A stretch of DNA of 64,000 nt from Escherichia phage vB_EcoM_P8, in the sequence record PV390659.2; one strand, given 5' to 3'. Positions 1 to 9,339 of the stretch are shown here, one piece after another. The notes below the pieces were generated by a model. The model was not told where the DNA came from, ran no database searches, and saw only the letters and a list, made by a program, of their open reading frames with translations. How positions within the stretch are numbered: position 1 is the stretch's first letter; every line of letters starts with the position of its first letter. Made by a program: the position numbers and the translations under genes.

Positions 1-691
1 TCATTATTGAATTTAAGCTATAATTACTTTTTACAAGCGTGTGATTAATTTGATAAAAAGTAAATATTTCATCTGGGTTAACTAATAGCTTAAACACATC
101 TACTATATCAGTGTATTTTTTTACATACTTGTCACAACAGGACATGTGTAGCGTTAAATTAATAGGATTCATTGCATCAAGAATTTTTTCTAATGTTTCT
201 ATCTCGATTGCATCAACAAGTTCTATTTGACTTGATTCGCTAATTTCCTTCCAATCATACCATGTTTCATCTACTTGAACAGAATGAATATTTTCAGTAA
301 TCATCTTTGCTTTATTTTCATAAAACTCAGAAGGAAACTTTAATTTAATTTTAACATTAGCTACATCAAAAACAGGTTCCTTTAATTCTTTTTGATATAT
401 TTCAAATGGAACTGTCTTTTCTTTTTTACATTTTGGACATACAAATGTGACCGGTACTTTAGTTTTACCTATTGACCCTACAAATACCTGCAAAAATATA
501 AATGGTTGCCAAGTCTTCGGATAGTCTCCAAAATAATCAGCAATTAAATCAGCAATTATTTCTTTTTGTTCTTGTGGTGACCGATGTTCTATATCGTTTC
601 GAACTAACAAAAAATCTCGATAATCTTCTACCGTAAATGGTTTAAAACGATGAACACCATCTGGTAATTTACAACGAATAATGTTTGCCAT
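1..691 (-). CDS. 51: baseplate hub assembly protein gp51 (partial, 3' end runs off window)
   Basis: Minus-strand ORF starting at 691 (MANIIRC...), divergent from gene 26 as in T4; no stop before window edge. Confidence 0.55.
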   Translation of the reverse strand, partial: MANIIRCKLPDGVHRFKPFTVEDYRDFLLVRNDIEHRSPQEQKEIIADLIADYFGDYPKTWQPFIFLQVFVGSIGKTKVPVTFVCPKCKKEKTVPFEIYQKELKEPVFDVANVKIKLKFPSEFYENKAKMITENIHSVQVDETWYDWKEISESSQIELVDAIEIETLEKILDAMNPINLTLHMSCCDKYVKKYTDIVDVFKLLVNPDEIFTFYQINHTLVKSNYSLNSIM

Positions 692-708
692 AGATGCTCC
701 TTTTATTC

Positions 709-720
709 TATTTATAAATA
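709..720. promoter_or_regulatory. back-to-back T4 late promoter motifs (TATAAATA on both strands) for genes 51 and 26
   Basis: TATTTATA 709-716 (minus-strand TATAAATA) and TATAAATA 713-720. Confidence 0.7.
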
Positions 721-741
721 TGATAAATAAAGGAGCTAAAT

Positions 742-1368
742 ATGTATGAATACAAATTTGATGTGAGAGTTGGTTCTAAAATAATCAACTGTCGCGCATT
801 TACTCTTAAAGAATATCTAGAACTTATTACTGCTAAAAAGAACGGTTCAGTAGAAGAGATCGTTAAAAAGCTAATCAAAGACTGTACAAATGCAAAAGAT
901 TTAAACCGCCAAGAATCAGAACTACTATTGATTCATTTATGGGCACATTCTCTTGGAGAAGTTAATCACGAAAACTCCTGGAAGTGCACCTGCGGAACTG
1001 AAATACCAACCCATATAAATCTATTACATACACAAATAGATGCACCAGAAGACCTCTGGTATACACTGGGTGACATTAAAATTAAGTTCCATTACCCTAA
1101 AATTTTTGATGATAAAAACATAGCCCACATGATAGTATCATGTATAGAAACAATTCATGCTAACGGTGAAAGCATTCCAATTGAAGACTTGAATGAAAAA
1201 GAGTTGGAAGATTTATATTCTATCATCACAGAGTCAGATATTGTAGCTATAAAAGATATGCTTTTAAAGCCTACTGTTTATTTGGCTGTTCCAATTAAGT
1301 GTCCAGAGTGTGGAAAAACTCACGCTCATGTAATAAGAGGACTCAAAGAATTCTTTGAGCTATTGTAA
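742..1368 (+). CDS. 26: baseplate hub subunit gp26
   Basis: 208 aa, T4 synteny 51/26/25, late promoter 22 bp upstream. Confidence 0.8.
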   Translation: MYEYKFDVRVGSKIINCRAFTLKEYLELITAKKNGSVEEIVKKLIKDCTNAKDLNRQESELLLIHLWAHSLGEVNHENSWKCTCGTEIPTHINLLHTQIDAPEDLWYTLGDIKIKFHYPKIFDDKNIAHMIVSCIETIHANGESIPIEDLNEKELEDLYSIITESDIVAIKDMLLKPTVYLAVPIKCPECGKTHAHVIRGLKEFFELL

Positions 1369-1766
1369 TGGCAAATATTAATAAGCTTTATTCTGACATT
1401 GACCCAGAAATGAAAATGGATTGGGACAAAGACGTTTCCAGATCTCTTGGATTAAGGTCAATTAAAAATAGTCTTTTAGGAATTATTACAACCAGGAAAG
1501 GGTCAAGGCCATTTGACCCAGAATTTGGATGCGATTTATCTGATCAGCTTTTTGAGAATATGACTCCTCTTACTGCTGATACTGTTGAGCGTAACATTGA
1601 AAGCGCAGTAAGAAACTACGAGCCACGTATTGATAAATTAGCAGTTAATGTAATACCAGTTTATGATGATTATACTCTGATAGTAGAAATACGCTTTTCG
1701 GTCATCGATAACCCTGATGATATTGAGCAGATAAAACTACAACTGGCTTCCAGTAACAGAGTATAA
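1368..1766 (+). CDS. 25: baseplate wedge subunit gp25
   Basis: 132 aa, overlapping start with gene 26 stop, T4 synteny. Confidence 0.8.
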   Translation: MANINKLYSDIDPEMKMDWDKDVSRSLGLRSIKNSLLGIITTRKGSRPFDPEFGCDLSDQLFENMTPLTADTVERNIESAVRNYEPRIDKLAVNVIPVYDDYTLIVEIRFSVIDNPDDIEQIKLQLASSNRV

Positions 1767-1792
1767 TGCTTCACGTATAAACGTGGTATAAT
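1766..1792 (+). promoter_or_regulatory. T4 middle promoter (MotA box plus -10) for uvsY
   Basis: ATGCTTCA 1766-1773, TATAAT 1787-1792. Confidence 0.6.
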
Positions 1793-1832
1793 GAATCTAA
1801 GTCCATCCAATAACAACTGAATAGAGAACAAT

Positions 1833-2246
1833 ATGAAATTAGAAGATCTTCAAGAAGAATTGAAGAAAGATGTGTTTATAGATTCGACTAAATTACAGTA
1901 TGAAGCAGCTAATAATGTGATGTTATATAGTAAATGGCTTAATAAGCATTCAAGTATTAAAAAGGAAATGCTTAGAATTGAAGCACAGAAAAAAGTTGCT
2001 CTTAAAGCTAAATTAGACTACTACTCGGGACGAGGAGATGGTGATGAATTTAGTATGGATCGTTATGAGAAATCAGAAATGAAGACAGTTCTATCAGCTG
2101 ATAAGGATGTTTTAAAAGTTGATACTTCATTACAATATTGGGGAATTTTATTAGATTTCTGTAGCGGAGCTCTTGATGCTATTAAATCACGTGGATTTGC
2201 TATTAAGCATATTCAAGACATGCGAGCATTTGAGGCTGGAAAATAA
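1833..2246 (+). CDS. uvsY: recombination mediator UvsY
   Basis: 137 aa protein near-identical to T4 UvsY as I recall it; MotA-box middle promoter upstream. Confidence 0.9.
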   Translation: MKLEDLQEELKKDVFIDSTKLQYEAANNVMLYSKWLNKHSSIKKEMLRIEAQKKVALKAKLDYYSGRGDGDEFSMDRYEKSEMKTVLSADKDVLKVDTSLQYWGILLDFCSGALDAIKSRGFAIKHIQDMRAFEAGK

Positions 2247-2470
2247 TGAAATATAGCATTGATGATGCTTTTAATTATGAAGAAGAATTCGAAACGGAAA
2301 TTCAATTCTTAATGAAAAAATATAATCTCAAGCGTCAGGATATTCGTATCCTGGCCGACCACCCATGCGGTGAAGATGTACTTTATATTAAAGGAAAATT
2401 TGCCGGATATCTTGATGAATATTTTTATTCTAAAGATATGGGCATTGATATGCATATGAGAGTTATATAA
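2246..2470 (+). CDS. hypothetical protein adjacent to uvsY
   Basis: 74 aa ORF, start overlaps uvsY stop. Confidence 0.6.
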   Translation: MKYSIDDAFNYEEEFETEIQFLMKKYNLKRQDIRILADHPCGEDVLYIKGKFAGYLDEYFYSKDMGIDMHMRVI

Positions 2471-2498
2471 ATAGATATATAATTTAGAGGAGACAATC

Positions 2499-2666
2499 AT
2501 GTCAGATAAGATTTGTGTTGTCTGTAAAACTCCAATCGATTCTGCATTGGTTGTTGAAACAGACAAAGGTCCTGTACATCCTGGGCCTTGCTATAATTAC
2601 ATTAAAGAACTACCAGTTTCAGAAAGTTCGGAAGAACAATTAAATGAAACACAACTTTTGCTATAG
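2499..2666 (+). CDS. small Cys-containing protein (possible zinc ribbon)
   Basis: 55 aa ORF not in ORF track (under 60 aa); AGGAG RBS at 2488-2492; CxxC near N-terminus. Confidence 0.45.
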   Translation: MSDKICVVCKTPIDSALVVETDKGPVHPGPCYNYIKELPVSESSEEQLNETQLLL

Positions 2667-2687
2667 TGTGACCTTTAGTCTATAGTT

Positions 2688-2718
2688 TTGGCCCTTCCTT
2701 TTTGGTTGGGCCTTTTTT
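2688..2718 (+). terminator. possible terminator between convergent uvsY operon and uvsW.1
   Basis: GGCCC ... GGGCC stem followed by TTTTTT; loop long, so weak. Confidence 0.35.
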
Positions 2719-2721
2719 AAT

Positions 2722-2964
2722 TTAAAAGCTTTCTTCTACTTCATCGTCTGAATCTTCTAATTCAGCTCTTTTTCCTGCCAAAGCATCTCTAACTGAGATG
2801 TCATCAGTATCTTTTAATTCAGTTTCTTTAACTCTTTTCTTATAATAAGCTTCAAGTTCTTCTAGACCCTCTAATGTTTGACAAGAGGCAATTTTACCCA
2901 TAAATTCATCAATAGAAGCTTCATAAAGAAATTGTTTAAATTCTAGTAACATCTTTTTCTCCAA
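2722..2964 (-). CDS. UvsW.1-like small protein
   Basis: 80 aa ORF immediately downstream of uvsW on minus strand, different frame. Confidence 0.6.
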   Translation of the reverse strand: MEKKMLLEFKQFLYEASIDEFMGKIASCQTLEGLEELEAYYKKRVKETELKDTDDISVRDALAGKRAELEDSDDEVEESF

Positions 2965-2977
2965 AGGGCCGAAGCCC

Positions 2978-4489
2978 TTATAAATTAACTGTTTTCATTA
3001 CGTAATTAAATTTTTCATCTGCGTATCGCTGAATACGATCAATGCCGTGTTTTAAAAGATAGTTCAAATGAACATATTTCTTTTTCGTATTAGCAGATTT
3101 TGGCTTAACACCACAATCATCGATGAGGTCCCAGACCGTTGCGATTGTTTTAGAACCATGCTTACGTAATACGCGACCTATTGTTTGCAATACAATAATT
3201 TTAGATTTAACGCCGTGCGCTAAAACAACGTGATGCAGATTTTTAACTGAAATACCAGTAGAAAATACACCATAACTAGCTACTATAATTATTCCTTTAC
3301 CGTTTTCAGCTAGGGTTTTCATTACATTGCGCGTTTCAGTATCAACTTCTCCTGATACGTAATAAACTTTATCGTATTCATTTTTAATTAAATCGAAAAT
3401 AGCTTTACCATGTGATACATGCTTAAACATGACAAAAGCGTTTTCATCTTTTTGTGCAAGTTTAATAGCTAATTTAGCGATCCATTTATTTCTTTTACTG
3501 AGCCCAGTAATAATTTTTATTTCTTCTTGGTAAGTTTTTCCCTTTAATTTAGTAGTGAACTCATCGGGATAGCGAAGAAAAATACTATTAATTTTTAACT
3601 CAGTTACTTGTCCATCTTCCATTAATTTAGAAGTCGTTACTGGTTTAAATATTTCACCAAACATTCCAACATACTGCATGATATTAGCTTTGCCATCACG
3701 CAATGAACCTGATAGACCAAATTTAAACATGCAGTTATTTAAACCTGATATGATAGATGAAATACTTTTTCCTGTGGCAAGATGGCATTCATCATTCATC
3801 ATCATTCCAAACTGTGAGAACCATTCTTTTGGTTGTTTTACTACAGTTTGCCATGTACCAACAATTACCGGTGCATCATTTTTATATTTATCATCTTTTG
3901 ATGCTCCGCCACCAATTTTCTTTATCATTGCATGACTGAATAAACGATAATCAACAAAGTCATCAGCCATCTGAGTTGTCAGAGCAGTTGTTGGAACAAT
4001 GATAAGAATTTTACCTTCATAATTTTCCAAATAATAACGTGCAAGCAAAGCTTGAATTAAAGATTTACCTGCGGATGTTGGAAGATTAAGAATTCTACGA
4101 CGATTAACTAATCCTTCGAACACTGCATCTTTTTGATACCAATGCGGTTCAATTCTTTTATTTCCTGAATGGATTTCTAATTTAGAAATCCATTCATCAA
4201 AATCTTTTCTTGATAATTCTTCTTTTTCGTTAATTTGTGGGTCAATCCAGGCTTTATAGCCAAAGTTATCACAGAACTTTTTAATTTGCCCGACTAAGCC
4301 GAACGGAAGAAGGCGATTATAATCTAAAAGACGGATTCGTCCATCCCAGTGACCATATTTGTATTTCGGATTAAAACGATACCCTTCAGCTTCAAAGCTA
4401 AAGAAATCACGGAGTTCATGAAATGTACTTTCTTCACAATCAATTCTCACGTGACTAAAATCATAAAAATGTACTTTAATGTCAGTCAT
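2978..4489 (-). CDS. uvsW: UvsW RNA-DNA and DNA-DNA helicase
   Basis: 503 aa; Walker A PTSAGKS, DECH box; recognised T4 UvsW sequence. Confidence 0.9.
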   Translation of the reverse strand: MTDIKVHFYDFSHVRIDCEESTFHELRDFFSFEAEGYRFNPKYKYGHWDGRIRLLDYNRLLPFGLVGQIKKFCDNFGYKAWIDPQINEKEELSRKDFDEWISKLEIHSGNKRIEPHWYQKDAVFEGLVNRRRILNLPTSAGKSLIQALLARYYLENYEGKILIIVPTTALTTQMADDFVDYRLFSHAMIKKIGGGASKDDKYKNDAPVIVGTWQTVVKQPKEWFSQFGMMMNDECHLATGKSISSIISGLNNCMFKFGLSGSLRDGKANIMQYVGMFGEIFKPVTTSKLMEDGQVTELKINSIFLRYPDEFTTKLKGKTYQEEIKIITGLSKRNKWIAKLAIKLAQKDENAFVMFKHVSHGKAIFDLIKNEYDKVYYVSGEVDTETRNVMKTLAENGKGIIIVASYGVFSTGISVKNLHHVVLAHGVKSKIIVLQTIGRVLRKHGSKTIATVWDLIDDCGVKPKSANTKKKYVHLNYLLKHGIDRIQRYADEKFNYVMKTVNL

Positions 4490-4518
4490 GTCTAAATACC
4501 ATGTAATAAATATATCTA

Positions 4519-4526
4519 TATTTATA
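4519..4526 (-). promoter_or_regulatory. late promoter for uvsW
   Basis: TATAAATA on minus strand, about 30 bp upstream of start. Confidence 0.65.
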
Positions 4527-4539
4527 CTGAGGAAATATT

Positions 4540-5220
4540 ATGATAGATAAAGATTATATTGCAGAGCTGAAGGCTCTTGATGATAATAAAGAAGCTAAAG
4601 CTAAATTAGCTGAATATGCTGAACAGTTTGGTATAAAGGTCAAAAAGAATAAATCTTTTGATAATATCGTTATTGATATTGAAGAAGCCCTCCAGAAGCT
4701 CGCTAGTGAACCTATGCCAGAGACTGATGGGTTATCTATTAAAGACTTAATTAATGCTGCTGATGCTGCAGAGGGATTAAAATATGACGATGAAGAGGTC
4801 AATCCAGAGGCAGCACTTCTGATTGATTCTCCGGTTAAATCTGACATTAAAATTGAAGTGGTAGAAACGGATAAAATTCCTGAAAATATCGATGTTTTGA
4901 TTGAAGATACTCCTTTTGTTGAAGAAAAATTCGAACAGGCTGTAGCTGAGATTATTGAATCTGAAAAACCGTCTGTATTTACTCTTCCGGAAAACTTTAG
5001 TCCTAATCTTCAGCTGATTGGGAAAAATCCAGGATTTTGTACCGTTCCTTGGTGGATTTATCAATGGATAGCCGAAACCCCAGATTGGAAATCTCGCCCA
5101 ACTAGTTTTGTGCATGCTTCTGCTCACCAAACATTATTTAGCTTAATTTATTATATTAATCGCGATGGATCAGTTCTAATTCGTGAATCTCGTAATTCTT
5201 CTTTCGTAACATTAAAATAA
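4540..5220 (+). CDS. hypothetical protein at the position of T4 inh (prohead protease inhibitor), assignment by synteny only
   Basis: 226 aa ORF between uvsW and hoc. Confidence 0.5.
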   Translation: MIDKDYIAELKALDDNKEAKAKLAEYAEQFGIKVKKNKSFDNIVIDIEEALQKLASEPMPETDGLSIKDLINAADAAEGLKYDDEEVNPEAALLIDSPVKSDIKIEVVETDKIPENIDVLIEDTPFVEEKFEQAVAEIIESEKPSVFTLPENFSPNLQLIGKNPGFCTVPWWIYQWIAETPDWKSRPTSFVHASAHQTLFSLIYYINRDGSVLIRESRNSSFVTLK

Positions 5221-5229
5221 GGATAACTT

Positions 5230-6360
5230 ATGGCTTTTACAGTTGATATAACTCCTAAAACACCAACAGGAGTTATTGATGAAACCAAGCAGTTTACTGC
5301 TACACCCAGTGGTCAAACTGGAGATGGACCTATTACATATGCTTGGACTGTAGATAATGTTCCACAAGATGGAGCTGAAGCAACTTTTGATTATGTATTA
5401 AAAGGACCTGCCGGTCAAAAGACTATTAAGGTAGTTGCAACAAATACTATTCCTGATTCCGAAGCTGAAACAGCTGAAATTAGTACAACTATTACAGTTC
5501 AAAACAAGACACAGACAACTACCTTGGCAGTAACTCCCGATAGTCCTTCAGCTGGAGTAATTGGAACCCCAGTTCAATTTACTGCTGCCTTAGCTTCTCA
5601 ACCATCAGGTGCATCTGCTACGTATCAGTGGCATGTAGATGGTTCTCCTGTAAGCGAAGCAACTAGTGCTACATTCAATTACACTCCTACTACAAGCGGA
5701 GTTAAAAAAATTAAGTGTGTCGCTCAAGTAACAGCGGCAGATTATGATACAAAAGAAGTTACTTCTAATGAAGTATCATTGACAGTTAATAAGAAGACAA
5801 TGAATCCACAGATTGCATTGACTCCTCCTTCTATTAACGTTCAGCAAGATGCTTCGGCTACATTTACTGCTAATGTTACTGGCGCACCTGACGCAGCACA
5901 AATTACTTACTCGTGGAAGAAAGATTCTTCTCCTGTAGAAGGGTCAACTAACGTATATACTGTCGATACCTCATCTGTTGGAAGTCAAACTATTGAAGTT
6001 ACTGCTGTCGTTACAGCGACTGATTATGATAGCAAAACAGTTAAAGCGACTGGTCAAGTTCAGGTAACTGATAAAGTTGCTCCGGAACCAGAAGGTGAAT
6101 TGCCTTATGTTCATCCTCTTCCACATCGTACTTCAGCTTATATCTGGTGCGGTTGGTGGGTTATGGATGAAATCCAAAAAATGACTGAAGAAGGTAAAGA
6201 TTGGAAAACTGACGACCCAGATAGTAAGTACTACTTGCATCGTTACACTCTTCAGAAGATGATGAAAGACTATCCAGAAGTTGATGTTCAAGAATCGCGC
6301 AATGGATACATCATTCATAAAACTGCTTTAGAAACTGGTATCATCTATACCTATCCATAA
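5230..6360 (+). CDS. hoc: Hoc highly immunogenic outer capsid protein (Ig-like domains)
   Basis: 376 aa; recognised T4 Hoc sequence with repeated Ig-like domains. Confidence 0.9.
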   Translation: MAFTVDITPKTPTGVIDETKQFTATPSGQTGDGPITYAWTVDNVPQDGAEATFDYVLKGPAGQKTIKVVATNTIPDSEAETAEISTTITVQNKTQTTTLAVTPDSPSAGVIGTPVQFTAALASQPSGASATYQWHVDGSPVSEATSATFNYTPTTSGVKKIKCVAQVTAADYDTKEVTSNEVSLTVNKKTMNPQIALTPPSINVQQDASATFTANVTGAPDAAQITYSWKKDSSPVEGSTNVYTVDTSSVGSQTIEVTAVVTATDYDSKTVKATGQVQVTDKVAPEPEGELPYVHPLPHRTSAYIWCGWWVMDEIQKMTEEGKDWKTDDPDSKYYLHRYTLQKMMKDYPEVDVQESRNGYIIHKTALETGIIYTYP

Positions 6361-6364
6361 TCTA

Positions 6365-6391
6365 AGGGGCTTCGGCCCCTTTCTTCATTTT
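6365..6391 (+). terminator. rho-independent terminator after hoc
   Basis: AGGGGCTTCGGCCCCT hairpin then T-rich tract. Confidence 0.7.
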
Positions 6392-6448
6392 GAAAGCACA
6401 CAAAACACAATCAGAAAACGATGTATATAATGGCACCAACTCGATAAC

Positions 6449-6664
6449 ATGAGATTGATTATGAGAACTGAGGTTGTGGTGTTTACACTCCATGAGTCTG
6501 GAAAGTCATTCATTGAAATTGCTCGTGAATTGAACTTACATGCAAAGGAAGTGGCTGTATTATGGGCTCGAGCTATGACTGCTAAGAATAAATTTGAGAC
6601 TCGAGAAAAAGTTGTCTATAGAAAAAGACATATTAATAAAAGGGTGAAAAATGGAACAGTATGA
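6449..6664 (+). CDS. hypothetical protein
   Basis: 71 aa ORF between hoc and rnlB. Confidence 0.5.
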   Translation: MRLIMRTEVVVFTLHESGKSFIEIARELNLHAKEVAVLWARAMTAKNKFETREKVVYRKRHINKRVKNGTV

Positions 6665-6929
6665 TCTTTATGAAAATGAATCTTTTGCTAATCAATTACG
6701 CGAAAAAGCACTTAAAAGTAAACAGTTTAAACTAGAGTGTTTTATTAAAGATTTTTCGGAACTTGCTAATAAAGCAGCTGAACAAGGTAAAACATATTTT
6801 AGTTATTATTGCACTGCTCGCGATAAATTGATTACTGAAGAAATTGGTGATTGGCTGAGAAAAGAAGGATTTAGCTTTAAAGTCAATAGTGATCAGCGTG
6901 ATGGTGATTGGTTAGAAATTACATTTTGA
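6651..6929 (+). CDS. hypothetical protein
   Basis: 92 aa ORF directly upstream of rnlB. Confidence 0.55.
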   Translation: MEQYDLYENESFANQLREKALKSKQFKLECFIKDFSELANKAAEQGKTYFSYYCTARDKLITEEIGDWLRKEGFSFKVNSDQRDGDWLEITF

Positions 6930-6938
6930 GGATTAATT

Positions 6939-7943
6939 ATGTTTAAAAAGTATAGCAGTCTTGAAAATCATTACAATTCTAAATTCATTGAAAAACTTTA
7001 CAGTTTAGGATTGACTGGTGGCGAATGGGTAGCTCGTGAAAAGATTCATGGCACAAATTTCTCACTGATTATTGAACGCGATAAAGCAACTTGTGCTAAA
7101 CGTACTGGACCGATTCTTCCTGCTGAAGATTTCTTTGGGTATGAAATTATTTTAAAGAATTACGCTGATTCCATTAAAGCAGTACAAGATATTATGGAAA
7201 CTTCGGCAGTTGTATCTTATCAAGTCTTCGGTGAATTTGCTGGACCTGGCATTCAGAAGAATGTCGATTATGGCGATAAAGATTTTTATGTATTTGACAT
7301 TATTGTTACTACAGAAAGCGGTGATGTAACTTATGTCGATGATTATATGATGGAATCATTCTGTAATACATTTAAATTTAAAATGGCTCCACTTTTAGGT
7401 CGCGGTAAATTTGAAGAGCTTATTAAATTGCCAAACGATTTAGATTCTGTTGTCCAAGATTATAATTTTACAGTAGACCATGCTGGATTAGTTGATGCAA
7501 ATAAATGCGTTTGGAATGCCGAAGCAAAAGGTGAAGTATTTACTGCTGAAGGATATGTATTGAAACCTTGTTATCCTTCTTGGATGCCTAATGGCAATCG
7601 TGTAGCTATTAAATGCAAGAACTCTAAATTTAGCGAAAAGAAAAAGTCTGATAAGCCTATTAAAGCTAAAGTTGAGCTGTCAGAAGCTGATAATAAATTG
7701 CTGGGAATTTTAGCTTGCTACGTTACACTGAACCGAGTAAATAACGTTATTTCTAAAATTGGCGAAATTGGTCCAAAAGATTTTGGAAAGGTGATGGGGC
7801 TAACTGTTCAAGATATTTTGGAAGAAACTTCTCGTGAAGGTATTACTTTAACTCAAGCGGATAATCCTTCTTTGATTAAAAAGGAATTAGTTAAAATGGT
7901 ACAAGATGTACTTCGTCCGGCTTGGATTGAATTGGTAAGTTAA
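6939..7943 (+). CDS. rnlB: RNA ligase 2 (Rnl2)
   Basis: 334 aa; KIHGTN ligase motif I; recognised T4 Rnl2. Confidence 0.9.
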   Translation: MFKKYSSLENHYNSKFIEKLYSLGLTGGEWVAREKIHGTNFSLIIERDKATCAKRTGPILPAEDFFGYEIILKNYADSIKAVQDIMETSAVVSYQVFGEFAGPGIQKNVDYGDKDFYVFDIIVTTESGDVTYVDDYMMESFCNTFKFKMAPLLGRGKFEELIKLPNDLDSVVQDYNFTVDHAGLVDANKCVWNAEAKGEVFTAEGYVLKPCYPSWMPNGNRVAIKCKNSKFSEKKKSDKPIKAKVELSEADNKLLGILACYVTLNRVNNVISKIGEIGPKDFGKVMGLTVQDILEETSREGITLTQADNPSLIKKELVKMVQDVLRPAWIELVS

Positions 7944-7950
7944 ATAAAAA

Positions 7951-7975
7951 GGGACCTTTCGGTCCCTTTGTTTTA
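7951..7975. terminator. bidirectional terminator between rnlB and gene 24
   Basis: GGGACCTTTCGGTCCC hairpin flanked by A-run and T-run. Confidence 0.7.
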
Positions 7976-9256
7976 TTCATCAACGATAATTTTTGGTAAT
8001 TTAACACCTAATAAAACAGACAAATCTGAACGACCCGCCATTTTATCCATGTCTCCACCATCAATTATTCTTGCTTCTTTTTCATCTTTTGCTACAGTGT
8101 AAGGATTTGCAGATAAAGCATATCTAACCAATAAACCGATAGATGGTTGTAAGCTTTCTGGATCAACTACAACTTTAAATGCACCTACATGTTCAGGGTC
8201 ATCTAAGTCAAGACCTTCTGTATACGGAGCATAGAAAATTGATCCAACAATTTCTTTTTCGCCAATATTTTCTACTACACCAACGATTACATAATCTAAT
8301 GGGCTGTTAGTATCGCAATAAAGCGGTAAACCATTAGCTAAGAACCCGTAGGCATTTTGTGAAAGATATTTATCATCTTCTGGTTTATGTTTTAACCAAC
8401 CTGATGCAGCAAGAATCGCAGCGGCACGAGCTGAAGCAACACAGAACGTTGCAGTATAAGTTGATTCTTTTTGGATATGCGAAACCATTTCACATACCAT
8501 TCGGTATAATGAACGACCAGCTTCAGGTGCAGATGCATAACTCAAATCAATGAATCCAGTATCAGTAATTCCTGTAACTTTATAGCGTTTTGATACTGTA
8601 ATCAAAGACTGCAGAATATCTTTATTGATTTCATCCGCCATTTCAGTTGCAAGCAAATCTTCCAAGAAATTAGGAGCATCGAATCCATTTGCTTCTAAAT
8701 CTTGTGCTAATTCAACTGTAATGCCAGTTTTAAGTTTACGAGATTTAACCGCGGTTTGCCATTTATTAATCTGGAATCTAGCATCAGCAATTTCGCTATC
8801 AGAGCTTTCAAATTTGCTTGTTACTGCAGCATCAGAAAATAGACGAACCTTTAAAAGAACGATTGCAATCTGAAGAGCTAATTCTAAATCGCTTTCTTCA
8901 ATATCAGCAAATGGTGTATCTTCTAATACTTTATAAACGATATTATTATATTTGAATAAATCGCCTTTATTGAGAGTTAATTTAGACTCTTCTGTTAATT
9001 CTGTGATTTGTTCTCGGTCTACGTACCCAGCTTCGCCAGCGTAAGTAGCACCAGTTTTAAATGTAAATTCGTTATCTGGGTTAAGGTATTTGATACCATA
9101 AAAAGCAGCAACAGGTTGATTAGTTCTTTGCGTTGCTACAATGTCAGAATATATTAATTTAGTGGTAGCGCGAGTCAAAGCAACGAGATTTGGGCGACCG
9201 ATTGAGTTGCTATTCGTTGTGGTTGATTCGCGCAGAAGTTCGTTGATTTTAGCCAT
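7973..9256 (-). CDS. 24: head vertex protein gp24
   Basis: 427 aa, gp23 paralog, T4 synteny. Confidence 0.9.
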   Translation of the reverse strand: MAKINELLRESTTTNSNSIGRPNLVALTRATTKLIYSDIVATQRTNQPVAAFYGIKYLNPDNEFTFKTGATYAGEAGYVDREQITELTEESKLTLNKGDLFKYNNIVYKVLEDTPFADIEESDLELALQIAIVLLKVRLFSDAAVTSKFESSDSEIADARFQINKWQTAVKSRKLKTGITVELAQDLEANGFDAPNFLEDLLATEMADEINKDILQSLITVSKRYKVTGITDTGFIDLSYASAPEAGRSLYRMVCEMVSHIQKESTYTATFCVASARAAAILAASGWLKHKPEDDKYLSQNAYGFLANGLPLYCDTNSPLDYVIVGVVENIGEKEIVGSIFYAPYTEGLDLDDPEHVGAFKVVVDPESLQPSIGLLVRYALSANPYTVAKDEKEARIIDGGDMDKMAGRSDLSVLLGVKLPKIIVDE

Positions 9257-9283
9257 TGCGCTTTCCTTTTGGTTTATATGATT

Positions 9284-9291
9284 TATTTATA
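9284..9291 (-). promoter_or_regulatory. late promoter for gene 24
   Basis: TATAAATA on minus strand 28 bp upstream of start. Confidence 0.7.
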
Positions 9292-9292
9292 C

Positions 9293-9324
9293 CATAAAAA
9301 CAACTAAAGGGACCCGAAGGTCCC
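9293..9324 (-). terminator. terminator downstream of gene 23
   Basis: GGGACCCGAAGGTCCC hairpin followed on minus strand by T-rich tract. Confidence 0.7.
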
Positions 9325-9339
9325 TTAAATCGTCAAAGA

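Noticed and set aside
5230-6360. Internal repeats within hoc
   Set aside because: They correspond to the tandem Ig-like domains expected of Hoc, not to a mobile or regulatory repeat.
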